From positions 1-63,819 of IMG/VR virus record IMGVR_UViG_3300029624_000040: a DNA stretch of 63,819 nt; one strand, given 5' to 3'. The notes beneath the pieces were generated by a model. The model was not told where the DNA came from. It searched no databases and was given only the letters and a program-made list of their open reading frames with translations. Below are positions 26,261 through 36,158 of the stretch, piece by piece. How positions within the stretch are numbered: position 1 is the stretch's first letter; every line of letters starts with the position of its first letter. Source of the DNA: a virus. Taxonomy: Duplodnaviria; Caudoviricetes. Made by a program: the position numbers and the translations under genes.

Positions 26261-27705
26261 TAGGCCATTCCCAAGAGCATGTTGAGAAGCGGAAGGACGA
26301 AGTTGTCATCCGTCTGTTGCTGCTGAATCCCCTCACGCACCCTGTTGGAGCGTCGGCTTTCCAGCGTGTTCAACCCTGCGATTCGCTGCTGGGCATTTTG
26401 CCCCGCCGCGGCAATCGGGATGTTCGTCAAAGCGTCCACATCAGCAATCGAACGACCCAACGCATTCCGAGACTGGGACGCCGTCTGAGCCGCACTGTTC
26501 GGGCTGAAGCCGGAACGTCCAAGGGTCCGTGCCGAGTGGCGATTAGCGGAGTCCTCGTTGATGGCGTTCATCCCCAACGCCCGATTCACCATCGAATTGA
26601 CTTGGTCGTTCGTGAATACCGGGGCGACTGCTTGGCTGCCGAACTCCGAACTCTGGCTACGGGACTCCCCGGCCATCTGTTGCGGGACCATCTGCGGAAC
26701 GGACGGAGTATTCTGCGATGTTGGATTGGTTCCCAGCCCGGTTGAGTTCGCCGGGGCACTGGAACCGAATTGCGGGGTTGCGTTACCCGACCCACCGGAC
26801 CGGGCGCCACCCATCCCGAAGTTCCCGCCGCCTCCACCCATGCCGAAGTTGCCTGCCGGGCGTCCGTTCGGTCGAGACATGCGAGGGGACTCCGAACCTG
26901 GCCCCGTCTGCGCCATTCCACTGGGGCGCTGGGGAGTTGGGAGCGGTCCGCCAGTTTGCGGGGAACCTTCCGTTGACTGGACGTTGTTGTTCGGCAACGG
27001 CATCGGCCCGCCCGTCTCGGGGAACTGGAACTCGCGAGACTGGAACTGCTGCGGGTTGACCTGCCGGGGCTGAGTCCCCAACGCTTCAGCAAACCGACTA
27101 CCGCCCATCAGGGAGCTAAGTAGCGGTGAGGCGAAGTCGTTATAGACCGCCTCGAATCGGTCCTGTTGCAGTTGCGGTGCGAACGTCTGTGCGGCGGCGT
27201 TGATGCGGGACTGGTCGAGAGCCGAGTCCGCCCCAATCCGTGCCCGTTCGGTGGCCCCGCCCTCGGTCAGTGCGGCAACGTCAAGGTTGCCTCTGTTTTG
27301 TAGTCCAATCTGACCGAGGGCGTTTTCTCCTCGAATTCGCTCAAGGCTCTGCGCCCCTTGGTTCTGCAATCCAATCGAGCCGAACTGCCCGAAGTTCCGC
27401 ATGTCTTGCAGGGCAAGGTCGTTCTGACCCTGAAGCCCCAGTTGGTCAAGGGCGTTCTGAGCCTGTAGGTCGGCGATGTTGAACTGGTTCTGCGTGCCGA
27501 GGATGTTGTTCAGCAGGGAGAACAGCGCATTCCCTTCCGCCGTGCGGTACGCCATGTCTGAGGCGTAGCGATTGGCGGCGGCGTTCTCTCGTGCAGCGGC
27601 AAGAGAGTTGGCTGCTTGGGCGTACTGAGCGCCGGTGTTGAAGAAGTCCCCGCCCGAATTGGCAATCGGAAGCCGGGGGATGTTAGTCGGCTGGTTGTAA
27701 ATCAC
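26260..27705 (-). CDS. DNA transfer/pilot-like ejection protein
   Basis: Q/N/G-rich with ~11-aa periodic LQxQ repeats. Confidence 0.6.
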   Translation of the reverse strand: MIYNQPTNIPRLPIANSGGDFFNTGAQYAQAANSLAAARENAAANRYASDMAYRTAEGNALFSLLNNILGTQNQFNIADLQAQNALDQLGLQGQNDLALQDMRNFGQFGSIGLQNQGAQSLERIRGENALGQIGLQNRGNLDVAALTEGGATERARIGADSALDQSRINAAAQTFAPQLQQDRFEAVYNDFASPLLSSLMGGSRFAEALGTQPRQVNPQQFQSREFQFPETGGPMPLPNNNVQSTEGSPQTGGPLPTPQRPSGMAQTGPGSESPRMSRPNGRPAGNFGMGGGGGNFGMGGARSGGSGNATPQFGSSAPANSTGLGTNPTSQNTPSVPQMVPQQMAGESRSQSSEFGSQAVAPVFTNDQVNSMVNRALGMNAINEDSANRHSARTLGRSGFSPNSAAQTASQSRNALGRSIADVDALTNIPIAAAGQNAQQRIAGLNTLESRRSNRVREGIQQQQTDDNFVLPLLNMLLGMA

Positions 27706-28048
27706 CTTGCGCTCCCTCGAATAGCTCGCAGGTCGAACAGGCCGTGACGGGCTGCTCGTTGAAGTCTTGGTAGTGGTTATGGAGCGTCGCGTAGCCGGTG
27801 AGGGAGCAGGCGTAGACGGCGACGTGTTTCTGTCGTCCTGAATTCTGGCAGGGTTTACAGGTTAGTGTACCAACTTCTCGGCCCCGGTGAATGCAGGTTT
27901 CCGCTTGTTTCTTGGTGGCTGCTGGTTGCTGCGACCGGCGGCACGTTCGCTTCGCATTCGGGTCTCGCGTTGGGTTCACACGACCGCAACGCTCACACTT
28001 GTTGTCGACGGAGTAGAGGCAATTCATTCCGGCGAAATCGTAATCCAA
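27683..28048 (-). CDS. Cys-rich hypothetical protein
   Basis: CERC, CIHRG, CKPC, CSTC. Confidence 0.65.
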   Translation of the reverse strand: MDYDFAGMNCLYSVDNKCERCGRVNPTRDPNAKRTCRRSQQPAATKKQAETCIHRGREVGTLTCKPCQNSGRQKHVAVYACSLTGYATLHNHYQDFNEQPVTACSTCELFEGAQGDLQPAD

Positions 28049-28953
28049 CTTGGGTATGAAAACGCAGAGTCGAATTGAGGCGAAGATGTTGCGATCAACA
28101 CAAGGTCGCTGGTTTCACAGTCCCAAGACTGCGTGTCTACATCCTCGGTGATCGTCGAGGGCCATGACGCGCCCCCACTTATGCGCGAATATCCGGCACC
28201 GCTATTTTGGTAGAGAGCCGTAGGCGGGAACGATCGGCCCGGCGTTGGGTTGAACTCAATATACGTGATGCCGGATTGGGTGTACTTAACCACATAGTAT
28301 GACGCATCCGCGTTGCTGCCAGGTTGCGTAGCTGACCCTGTGGACCCGAAGATGTAGCGGCCCGATGTCCCTGCGGGGCCACCAGATAAGTCTACATATC
28401 CCCAGCCCGAATAAGATCGGTACAGCACGGTGGAGCCGACTGAAAGTTGGGCGGGCGTAGTGGCGTCTTCGTACTCAAGTTTCACGGTCCCGCAGCCCGC
28501 CTCATACTCCCATAGATCGGCGCACACCCTGTCCAGCACAACGGTTCCATCAATATCGCTACAGAATGAGTTGGCTGCGCCTGAAAACAGCGTGAACGAG
28601 TCCGGCGCATCATCCCCGCCACATAAGTCGGAGTCGAGCAACCCTGCTCGCTGGTTGGTTAGCGTCAAGTACTCACTCTCGTTCGACCCGCACACTGACT
28701 TCATCCGGTAGTCCATCAACAACCCGTAATCCAACCCGGTGACTTCATAAGGGTCGTCGCCGTCTCCAAGCCCCGTTATGACAGTCCAGTTATTTTGCCC
28801 TGCCGGGGAAAATTCCAGCGTGTAGCTGTCTGCTTCATACGTGGACAGGTTGGGCCACGACAATACAGGAGGGTTGCACGACCCATTAACGGAAAAGTTA
28901 GGTGGCTCACAAGTAAAGCAACACGGCGAGCACGGGTCATACTTGTAAGGCAT
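28024..28953 (-). CDS. Cys-rich tail fibre/receptor-binding candidate with an FN3-like domain
   Basis: PCSPCC N-terminus; LSW..Y.LEF..VTGL..YRM. Confidence 0.55.
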   Translation of the reverse strand: MPYKYDPCSPCCFTCEPPNFSVNGSCNPPVLSWPNLSTYEADSYTLEFSPAGQNNWTVITGLGDGDDPYEVTGLDYGLLMDYRMKSVCGSNESEYLTLTNQRAGLLDSDLCGGDDAPDSFTLFSGAANSFCSDIDGTVVLDRVCADLWEYEAGCGTVKLEYEDATTPAQLSVGSTVLYRSYSGWGYVDLSGGPAGTSGRYIFGSTGSATQPGSNADASYYVVKYTQSGITYIEFNPTPGRSFPPTALYQNSGAGYSRISGGASWPSTITEDVDTQSWDCETSDLVLIATSSPQFDSAFSYPSWITISPE

Positions 28954-29912
28954 CAGGCACACTCCGCTGCGCTGACTTCCCACTGTTCCGACTCATCACT
29001 CCATCCGGCAATTACCTTGGACCCCGACGCAATCGACTCATCCAAGCCCAGAACTTCATAGACCGTGACCGTGCCAGCCGCCGCCGTCGTGATTGTCTGG
29101 TTGCCCCCGGATGCCAGCGCCCCATCAAGCGCCCCCCGAATGTGATAGCTGCCGGTTCCAATCGCGTAGTAGGTGTTACCCACCTTCGTTCCGAGGATGT
29201 AGTCGTTCTGGAAGAAGTAGCCCCGGATGAACGCCGCATCGAGCGATACACTCACTCCCGCCGAGCCGATTACTGTCCCCCCCACGTTCAGCAAGGTGGC
29301 ACTGGTCGCACCTGCCCCCTTATAAAAGTCAGCATTCAGTTGGAAGGCATAGAGCGTTGTTCCTGTCCCCGTTTGCCCCGGCGTGTAGGGCTGCGGGAAT
29401 GAACCCGGAGGCCACGTTAAAACATCCTCTTCGTCCAGTGGCGGAAGGTCGTCTTCGTTGGTCGGGTTCAGCGGGTCGTTGTCTGCCGTGCTGCCCGGTG
29501 GCTCAATCCCCGACCCCGTTTCATCCGGCGACTCGCCACCAGAATAAACTCGGTAGACCGTTTCAGGATTGATGTTCGTCGTGGTGGGGAAGAAGTGGTT
29601 GGCGACGATGTTCTGTGACCCAACACCCGTCCCGAGAATCGTGGTGTCGCCGTCGTTGTTGGTAATCTGGACGCCTTCCTGTGAAGGCCCATCGTTGTTG
29701 ATGATGATGGCAGGGCCGGTGCCGCCCCACGTAAACCGCAAGGGTTCGGCCAAATCAATCGGCTCGGTTGAACCGAAGATGGCGGCAATCTCTTCAGCCA
29801 GCACATTCGCCAGCGTGATTCGCTCATCCCCGTTCGCTTCACGGAACTTGATGTCGTAGTCCGAGCCGAGAATCCGCTTGGCTGCACCGGAAAACATGGA
29901 ACGCAAACTCAT
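28953..29912 (-). CDS. tail-associated structural protein
   Basis: Position; beta-rich. Confidence 0.55.
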   Translation of the reverse strand: MSLRSMFSGAAKRILGSDYDIKFREANGDERITLANVLAEEIAAIFGSTEPIDLAEPLRFTWGGTGPAIIINNDGPSQEGVQITNNDGDTTILGTGVGSQNIVANHFFPTTTNINPETVYRVYSGGESPDETGSGIEPPGSTADNDPLNPTNEDDLPPLDEEDVLTWPPGSFPQPYTPGQTGTGTTLYAFQLNADFYKGAGATSATLLNVGGTVIGSAGVSVSLDAAFIRGYFFQNDYILGTKVGNTYYAIGTGSYHIRGALDGALASGGNQTITTAAAGTVTVYEVLGLDESIASGSKVIAGWSDESEQWEVSAAECA

Positions 29913-32152
29913 TGGCCCGCCCCCGCAATATCGAGTTGGTAGAGCCGGACCCGTTCCCCGTTCGTGGTGCAGACAACCTCAGCCTGAATGTGCCGGTTGC
30001 CGTCGGCGTCAATCTCTTTCGCGTCTCCCATGTTGTGCTGCGCGTATCCGTTCGCTTTCGTCGGGTCGACAATCAAATCGGAATCATCGTCCGACGCCGT
30101 GAATCCCATGCCGTTGTCAAAGTCGATTTCCTGGTCAACCGGAGTGTTCGACCTGTCCTCATACAGCCGCATCGCCAGACGGCTCGTGACACTTCCCGGT
30201 TCATAGGTCAGGTGCAGCCCACGGTCCTGATACTCGTCCGTTACCGTCCACCGATAGATGGCCGAACGCCACGACCAGTTGATGCCCCCAATTTGATACA
30301 CGCTCGTGGTGTCTGGCTTGGTCGTCCACGGGAATCGCACCTTGAGCGTCGTCCCGTCCAGTGCGGTGATGAGTCTCTGCTGGCCTTTCCCCGTACCGGA
30401 AACGATTTCCACTACCTTCCCGACCACCGTGGAGGCGAACGACGCACTCGAATCCGCAATCCACGTCAGACCGGAAGACGTGGCCGTGCCTCGTGCCGTT
30501 CCGTTTCCCGAATGGCCGTCCCAATCGCCCTGTTCGCCTGCGAGAATCGTCCGCGCTCGGCTGCCAAGAAAGACGGTCGCTCGCCCGGACAGGTCGCCAT
30601 ACGCACTCGATGCCACCGGGACGGGGTACTCGTACAAATCCCACTGCCGGAGCCGGTAGCGGTAGACCAAAGCATGCCGAGGGTACCTCCCCCCAAGGCT
30701 CACGAAGAACAGGACGCTTTCGTTCTCGCGGTCGTGGGTTGCGTGGAAATACTTTCGCCACTGCCAGTTGATTTTGAACGGGCTGCCTGAGCGGGGGTTG
30801 AACAGCGTTCGAATCGGGGCACTCACCGGAATCAGGTCGTTCGCCACCATTGAGTAGATACCCTGTCGGTCCAAGGCATACACCCGGTCGTCTGCAATCA
30901 GGCAGCAGCGTTGATTCACCGCCCCCCGTTGCGGCCCGAGTGACGTGAACCCATCGGTTGCAGGGTCAGCGTCGTAGCTGATTCGCCACACCCGGTTCTC
31001 GCTGAACGTGTACGCCCAGCGATTGTGAGCGATGATGGCGGTAATCTCACCACCCTCCGGCGTCTCCGATAACGTCACGGCATTCAGCGGCGACCACGCT
31101 TCCGGGTAGACGAGTTCCGAATACCGGAGTTGCCTTCTCTGAGAAGCATCAGGGGCAATGCGGTAGCGGACGTAGGCCGAGGTGGAGCCGCCGTAGACTG
31201 TGGAAAGCGTAATCGTTTGCGTTGATGTGTTGACAGTGAGGATGCTGTAGCCGGTTGTGTCGCCTTCGACGTAGAAGTTCCTTCCCGCCAACTCGTCAGT
31301 CCAGTCCGTCCCGATTCCGGTCACGGTCCCCGAGCCGTTCGTCACCTTGGCCGACCCGGTTTCGTAAATCGGATAGCCCGCCCCAAGCATCCGCCCCGTA
31401 TTGTGCGTCCAGAACGGAACGTCATCAGGCGGCTCGGTGAAGCGGTCGCTCACCAAGTCTGTGTTCTGCGTATCGACCAGCGGAACCGCAGTGCCCAAAG
31501 CGTCATCGTTCTTAGTGGAACTGAATGTGGTACCCGACAGATTCGTCGTCTCCACATCCACATACGCCACCCGGGCTTCACCGTTCTTAGTCCGGAGAAT
31601 CTGCCGTTTGACCACTCGGCTATCAGACGGGGCTTGGACACTGGCGTAGTTAATCTGGTCAGCACCCTGCCGCCACGTCCCTCCTGCTGTGTATTCAGCC
31701 ACCCCGGCGACCGGGTTGCCGTCAAGGTCATAAAGCTCGAATGTATCGGTCGTCTTGTTTTTGACGATGCGTGCGCCGTTTGCCGAGTAATTCCCCGCCA
31801 CCCCTTCGATAAACACGTACTCGTCGTTGGAAAGTCCGTGTCCGGTAGAAGTCACGACGATGGGAGTCGCGTTGGTCGCTGCCGTAATCGAGCCGTCATT
31901 GGTGCTAGGCTGCAACTTGGCTGAGACGGGTGTGACGTTCGACGGATTCCCGTCCCGGTCAAGCCATCGCTGGTAGGCGTAGAGCGTGCCGACAATATCC
32001 CCGCCCGTAGTGAACGTGGCGGTAACGGTCGTGGTGGGAGCAGGCACCCCGGCGTCTTCAAACGCGGATTGCAGGCCGTCCCACGCCAGCGCGTCACTGA
32101 ATCCGTCAGTGGCGTAGAGCGTTCCATCAGGTTCGCGGGAGAAGTATTTCAA
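29909..32152 (-). CDS. podovirus tail nozzle/stabilisation protein with inserted beta domains
   Basis: LRYSEL.YPEAW, RGAVNQR, LDRQGIY propeller-like segments; ITAATNATPIVVTSTGHGL insert. Confidence 0.75.
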   Translation of the reverse strand: MKYFSREPDGTLYATDGFSDALAWDGLQSAFEDAGVPAPTTTVTATFTTGGDIVGTLYAYQRWLDRDGNPSNVTPVSAKLQPSTNDGSITAATNATPIVVTSTGHGLSNDEYVFIEGVAGNYSANGARIVKNKTTDTFELYDLDGNPVAGVAEYTAGGTWRQGADQINYASVQAPSDSRVVKRQILRTKNGEARVAYVDVETTNLSGTTFSSTKNDDALGTAVPLVDTQNTDLVSDRFTEPPDDVPFWTHNTGRMLGAGYPIYETGSAKVTNGSGTVTGIGTDWTDELAGRNFYVEGDTTGYSILTVNTSTQTITLSTVYGGSTSAYVRYRIAPDASQRRQLRYSELVYPEAWSPLNAVTLSETPEGGEITAIIAHNRWAYTFSENRVWRISYDADPATDGFTSLGPQRGAVNQRCCLIADDRVYALDRQGIYSMVANDLIPVSAPIRTLFNPRSGSPFKINWQWRKYFHATHDRENESVLFFVSLGGRYPRHALVYRYRLRQWDLYEYPVPVASSAYGDLSGRATVFLGSRARTILAGEQGDWDGHSGNGTARGTATSSGLTWIADSSASFASTVVGKVVEIVSGTGKGQQRLITALDGTTLKVRFPWTTKPDTTSVYQIGGINWSWRSAIYRWTVTDEYQDRGLHLTYEPGSVTSRLAMRLYEDRSNTPVDQEIDFDNGMGFTASDDDSDLIVDPTKANGYAQHNMGDAKEIDADGNRHIQAEVVCTTNGERVRLYQLDIAGAGQ

Positions 32153-33840
32153 TTCGTCCTCTCCGGCACCATGCCTGCGTTATAGCCCAGCATAGCAAGT
32201 AACGGTAACGTGTTGCTCGGCACGTCTTGGTAGGCCGGTGCGATGTAGGGGGAATAGAGTTGGCTCTGTGGGTCAAACAGTGCCACTTCCTCCAAAATGG
32301 GTCGGGGCGTCCGAACGGTCGGTAACTGTAGCTCCTTGGCAAATTGTGCCGCCGGGTGCGTCCCAACCATTGCGCGCGAATGGAGCATTGTCTCCGCAAG
32401 GTCGACAACCTCTTGGTTGCTCGCACCGGATGCACGGGCTTTGCGGATTGCGTCAGCCACCGCCTCCTTAGTGACGCCGCGCTGTGCGGCACTGACGGAA
32501 GCAAGAGCAGCCTGCAACGGGTCGCCGCCTCCGACAGGTGCATTTCGTGCCGCGTCCGCCAAAGTCGTGTCGCTCTTAACCCTCTTTTTAATTTGTCGTG
32601 GAGCGGTGCGGAGACTGGCTGGCAAACGGTAGTCTGCGTTCTGTGGCGTGAGCCGAATGGAATCAACAATTGCGCTGTCGACTTCACTCGCAGGCACACT
32701 CTCAGGCACCACGTCAAACGAGTGCATCCGGCTCATCTTGACCGAATCGTACCCGTGGTCTTTAAGGATTCGCGTCGCGTCGTCTGCGGACTTTGCACGG
32801 TAGGCCCCCGATTTACCCCAGTAGGGGAACTCCGTCGCACCCTCGCCGCCACGGCGGGCCGCGTCTGCTGCGTCACTCAGTTTGTAAATGGCGTCCTCAA
32901 TCAACTCGCGTTTTGACCCCACCGGCCCAGTTGTCGTTTGGGCAAACGCCCCCATCTCGCCAGCAATCGACGCCCACTCGTCTTCAATCTTCTTAACCTC
33001 GGACGGAGACAGGTCCGCATACTTGCCCACCCGACGAAACACTTTGTCTGTGGTGTAATCCGAGTAGGGCACCTTGGCGGACATTTCCTCCACCTGCCGA
33101 ATCAGTGAGTCCGGTATCTGCCATTTCTCGATCTGGTCCTGTGTCTTTTCCGGCACATACTTCAGCAGGGTCTTATACAGTTCCGGCTCTGTAATCTCGG
33201 ACGGGTCGACCAGCTTGCCGACCTGCTCTGCAAACTCCACCCCACTTAAGGGCGTCATGTCACTGCTCCCGAAAGTAAACTCAAACGGTTTGCGAGAGTC
33301 CCCGAAGCCCCGCATGACTTGGCCAGACCGTCCTTGCACGTACTCACTCGCCAGCCGAGGCTCGGGCGTCATATACGTCCCCCGTCCGTACAAACCGTCA
33401 TCCGTCGCGGCGCCTGCAAAGTCGGGGCTGAGGTCTCGCAACGTGATGTCGGGATTACCCGTGCCGTGAAACAACCGCATCGGGTCGCCCGCACTGTCGG
33501 TCAGCTTCGTCAGTCCGGCAATCTCCTCCGGCATCGCGCCCGCCGCACGCATGGCGTCCGACGCCGCGTTGGCCTTATTCGCCAGTCCAGCCGCCTTGGC
33601 CGTCTTCCCGATAGCCCCCGCACCAATCAGGTTGAGCGGGTCGAGCAACATTTCCGCCAGCGGAGCGGCAAAGTCGTGGGCGTCCCACCGGCTTGTATCG
33701 TTCTCCCACCCGTAAGTGGAGAGCAAATCGCTACCGCTAACTCGCTCGCCCGGACGGCCAGCCAGAGCACCCCGCGTGTACGCTCCCGGTGTATCGAGTG
33801 CGTAGCCCACGCCTTCCAAGATGTCGAGTAGCGGAATCAC
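32149..33840 (-). CDS. virion-associated ADP-ribosyltransferase-like (ART-PolyVal-type) protein
   Basis: PMRLFHGT, YGRGTYMT, ASEY, GYDSV, EEVALFDP. Confidence 0.75.
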   Translation of the reverse strand: MIPLLDILEGVGYALDTPGAYTRGALAGRPGERVSGSDLLSTYGWENDTSRWDAHDFAAPLAEMLLDPLNLIGAGAIGKTAKAAGLANKANAASDAMRAAGAMPEEIAGLTKLTDSAGDPMRLFHGTGNPDITLRDLSPDFAGAATDDGLYGRGTYMTPEPRLASEYVQGRSGQVMRGFGDSRKPFEFTFGSSDMTPLSGVEFAEQVGKLVDPSEITEPELYKTLLKYVPEKTQDQIEKWQIPDSLIRQVEEMSAKVPYSDYTTDKVFRRVGKYADLSPSEVKKIEDEWASIAGEMGAFAQTTTGPVGSKRELIEDAIYKLSDAADAARRGGEGATEFPYWGKSGAYRAKSADDATRILKDHGYDSVKMSRMHSFDVVPESVPASEVDSAIVDSIRLTPQNADYRLPASLRTAPRQIKKRVKSDTTLADAARNAPVGGGDPLQAALASVSAAQRGVTKEAVADAIRKARASGASNQEVVDLAETMLHSRAMVGTHPAAQFAKELQLPTVRTPRPILEEVALFDPQSQLYSPYIAPAYQDVPSNTLPLLAMLGYNAGMVPERTN

Positions 33841-34097
33841 CGTGCCAACATCTCCATCAGCGGCACCGGACGATGCACCATGTCCTGCGGCATGGCCTGC
33901 TGCTGTGTCTCCATAATCATCCGATGGTCCACCTGCTCACGCGGGGGAATCGAATTCTCGAACGCACGCATCAGGTCTTCCAATGTCGCCTGCTTCTTCC
34001 GCTCATCCAGTATGCGCAGGATGTCTTCAAGCTTCGGACGCGGAGCCTCACGCGGGGCGTAGTAGCTGCCTTCCTGCATCATGCGGATGTCGCTCAT
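33837..34097 (-). CDS. hypothetical protein
   Basis: Coupled ORF. Confidence 0.6.
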   Translation of the reverse strand: MSDIRMMQEGSYYAPREAPRPKLEDILRILDERKKQATLEDLMRAFENSIPPREQVDHRMIMETQQQAMPQDMVHRPVPLMEMLAR

Positions 34098-34492
34098 AGG
34101 TACGGTCCCCTGCGTAGTTCCAAGTCTCCGTCCGCCGTTTGGCCGACGACGTAATCGGCCCCCGGTGCATCAACAAACGCCAAAGCCTCATAGGCTCCGT
34201 TCGCATTGCCGCCCGGAAGAATTGTGAAATGGTCGATGGTCGCTCGGGCCGATGCACTTTCTTCCCACTCATACAGAATGAAGTGAGCACCCGTCGAAAA
34301 GCCCGAACCCAATAAATACTCTCGCTCAAACCAACCTGTATGTCCCCGGTCGCCCAGTGAAATCTTCAGCTCGGAGACAACGGCAGTGCCGTCCTCGTCA
34401 TAAATCGTGGCCGTCGGCGCGTCGTCTGGATTGGAATCGTTCTTCCAGACAAGCGGGAGCCAGTCGCCGAGTTGGTATTCGCCGAGGTACAT
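34094..34492 (-). CDS. small beta-rich structural protein (paralog of the next gene)
   Basis: YLGEYQLGDWLPL..PDDAPTATIY. Confidence 0.65.
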   Translation of the reverse strand: MYLGEYQLGDWLPLVWKNDSNPDDAPTATIYDEDGTAVVSELKISLGDRGHTGWFEREYLLGSGFSTGAHFILYEWEESASARATIDHFTILPGGNANGAYEALAFVDAPGADYVVGQTADGDLELRRGPYL

Positions 34493-34806
34493 CAGACAAC
34501 CGTGAATGAACCCTTCTGTGCCCGCCCGCTGCTGCTTTCTTCCCACTCAATGAGCACGAAATAATTGCCCCGGTCGAAGCCGTTGGCCGAACTGACGGTC
34601 GGCAATCCCCGATACAAGCCGGTCTTGCTATCGACCTGGCTCATTGATGCCCCGTCGTAATTCGCGTTCGGCTCCGTTCCCCCAGCTTCGTAGATGCTGT
34701 AGGTCGGTGCGGCGTCCGGTGCGGCCGGGGTCTGGTCCGCCCCGATTTGCACGGTGACAGGCAACGTGCTGCCCAATTCCACGATGCCGTAGTAGTCAGC
34801 GGCCAT
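34492..34806 (-). CDS. small beta-rich structural protein
   Basis: YYGIVELGSTLPV..PDAAPTYSIY. Confidence 0.65.
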   Translation of the reverse strand: MAADYYGIVELGSTLPVTVQIGADQTPAAPDAAPTYSIYEAGGTEPNANYDGASMSQVDSKTGLYRGLPTVSSANGFDRGNYFVLIEWEESSSGRAQKGSFTVV

Positions 34807-34809
34807 TGC

Positions 34810-34986
34810 TTAATTCTCGAATTGAACTTCGCGGAATCCCTTGCGGTTTTGTAAGACGCCCGCCTCGCTCGAATCGCAATTCACCGCTCGGGGACTGACC
34901 CCTTCCGGTACGTCGTGCGCGTCAACCTCGGTGCTGATGCCGGGGAACTGGCGGATTTCAACATTGCGTCGGTTTGTCTTATCCAT
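34810..34986 (-). CDS. 58-aa protein resembling the N-terminus of podovirus nozzle proteins
   Basis: Hand-translated MDKTNRRNVEIRQFPGISTEVDAHDVPEGVSPRAVNCDSSEAGVLQNRKGF; TGATG-coupled to the adaptor gene. Confidence 0.65.
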   Translation of the reverse strand: MDKTNRRNVEIRQFPGISTEVDAHDVPEGVSPRAVNCDSSEAGVLQNRKGFREVQFEN

Positions 34987-36158
34987 CAGTCGGTCGTCCC
35001 CATCCGTCCGTATTCCAGAATGTGCTCCGTCGGCCCCAGCGTGAGCCGCTGATTCATCGACCGAGCCACCTTGTTCTTCTGGTCGGCAGCCATCGCCGCC
35101 CTCAGCTCTCGTTTGTACTCCGCAGCCAGCATCGCCCGGTCCTGATGGCTGGTCATCACCCCGAGCCGATAGCGGGCCAATGTCGTTAAGGCATTCAGCA
35201 TGTCGCCCGGCTGAACGTCCACCGGGTCGCTAATCGCATACGCCTTGCCTGAAAGCGTTTCGTCCGCACTCGCATCCAGCGTTAAGGTCGTGGAGTTCGT
35301 GACCGATGTGATTACCCGCTCGAACGCAAACGGGTTCCCGCCGTCATAGCCAGTGGGAACTTCGCTGTCTGAACTCACCCGGAAGACGGAACCCACATGG
35401 TCCTGCGTGAAGGACGTGCCCGACCCCGTGACGGTGGCACTCCCGTTCGTCACTGAGACGGTTCCGGTGGAGTACGATTCGACCTTCAACTCCCTCGGGC
35501 GACGGCGGTAGATGAAGTCGTATCGCCTTGACGTACTCGGTGCGGGGCTGAACCGCATGCCCATCGCACCCATATAGTTCGTGTCGCCGATGAACGTGAA
35601 GAAGTCCGGCTCACTGGTGGAGCGATAGACCCTCTGCACCGCCAAGGCATAGCCGATCGGACGTTCGACCAGGACCCGTGCATTCAGGGCGTCGAACACC
35701 TCGGAATGCAGGGCTGCGAAGTCCACCGGAAGCGGGTAGGTCTCCCGCCAAAGGTTGTAGCTTGTGCCCGACACCACGTCTTCGCCCGGATTGCTGTTCG
35801 GCAGCAGCGTCAGAACGGTGTCGCTCTTTCGCTCGTCAATCTCATAGACCGCCGTGCCGATTTGCAGTTTGCCGAGCGCCGCCCAGCTAGGCCACGTCCC
35901 CGAGGACAACGTGACCTGATACTCATAAGTCCCCCCGGTATGGCCATACGCCACCGTACCCGTCGAGTACGGGGCGTTAGTCGTCACTGAGCCTTCGGTG
36001 TAATAGAAGGCCCACTCGTGGATATTCACGAATTCCCGCATCGCTTCACGCGCGGCAATCCTGTAGCGGTTCCGGTCGCGGCCGGTCGTCTTCCCCCCAA
36101 GCCAATCGCGAAGATGGCCGGTGAGGTCGGCGTAGGTGTAAAGCCCAAGGTCAGCCAC
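34986..36158 (-). CDS. head-tail adaptor (tail tubular protein A-like)
   Basis: TYADL..W.FY..YPLPVDF..FSPAP with inserted beta domains. Confidence 0.75.
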   Translation of the reverse strand: MADLGLYTYADLTGHLRDWLGGKTTGRDRNRYRIAAREAMREFVNIHEWAFYYTEGSVTTNAPYSTGTVAYGHTGGTYEYQVTLSSGTWPSWAALGKLQIGTAVYEIDERKSDTVLTLLPNSNPGEDVVSGTSYNLWRETYPLPVDFAALHSEVFDALNARVLVERPIGYALAVQRVYRSTSEPDFFTFIGDTNYMGAMGMRFSPAPSTSRRYDFIYRRRPRELKVESYSTGTVSVTNGSATVTGSGTSFTQDHVGSVFRVSSDSEVPTGYDGGNPFAFERVITSVTNSTTLTLDASADETLSGKAYAISDPVDVQPGDMLNALTTLARYRLGVMTSHQDRAMLAAEYKRELRAAMAADQKNKVARSMNQRLTLGPTEHILEYGRMGTTD

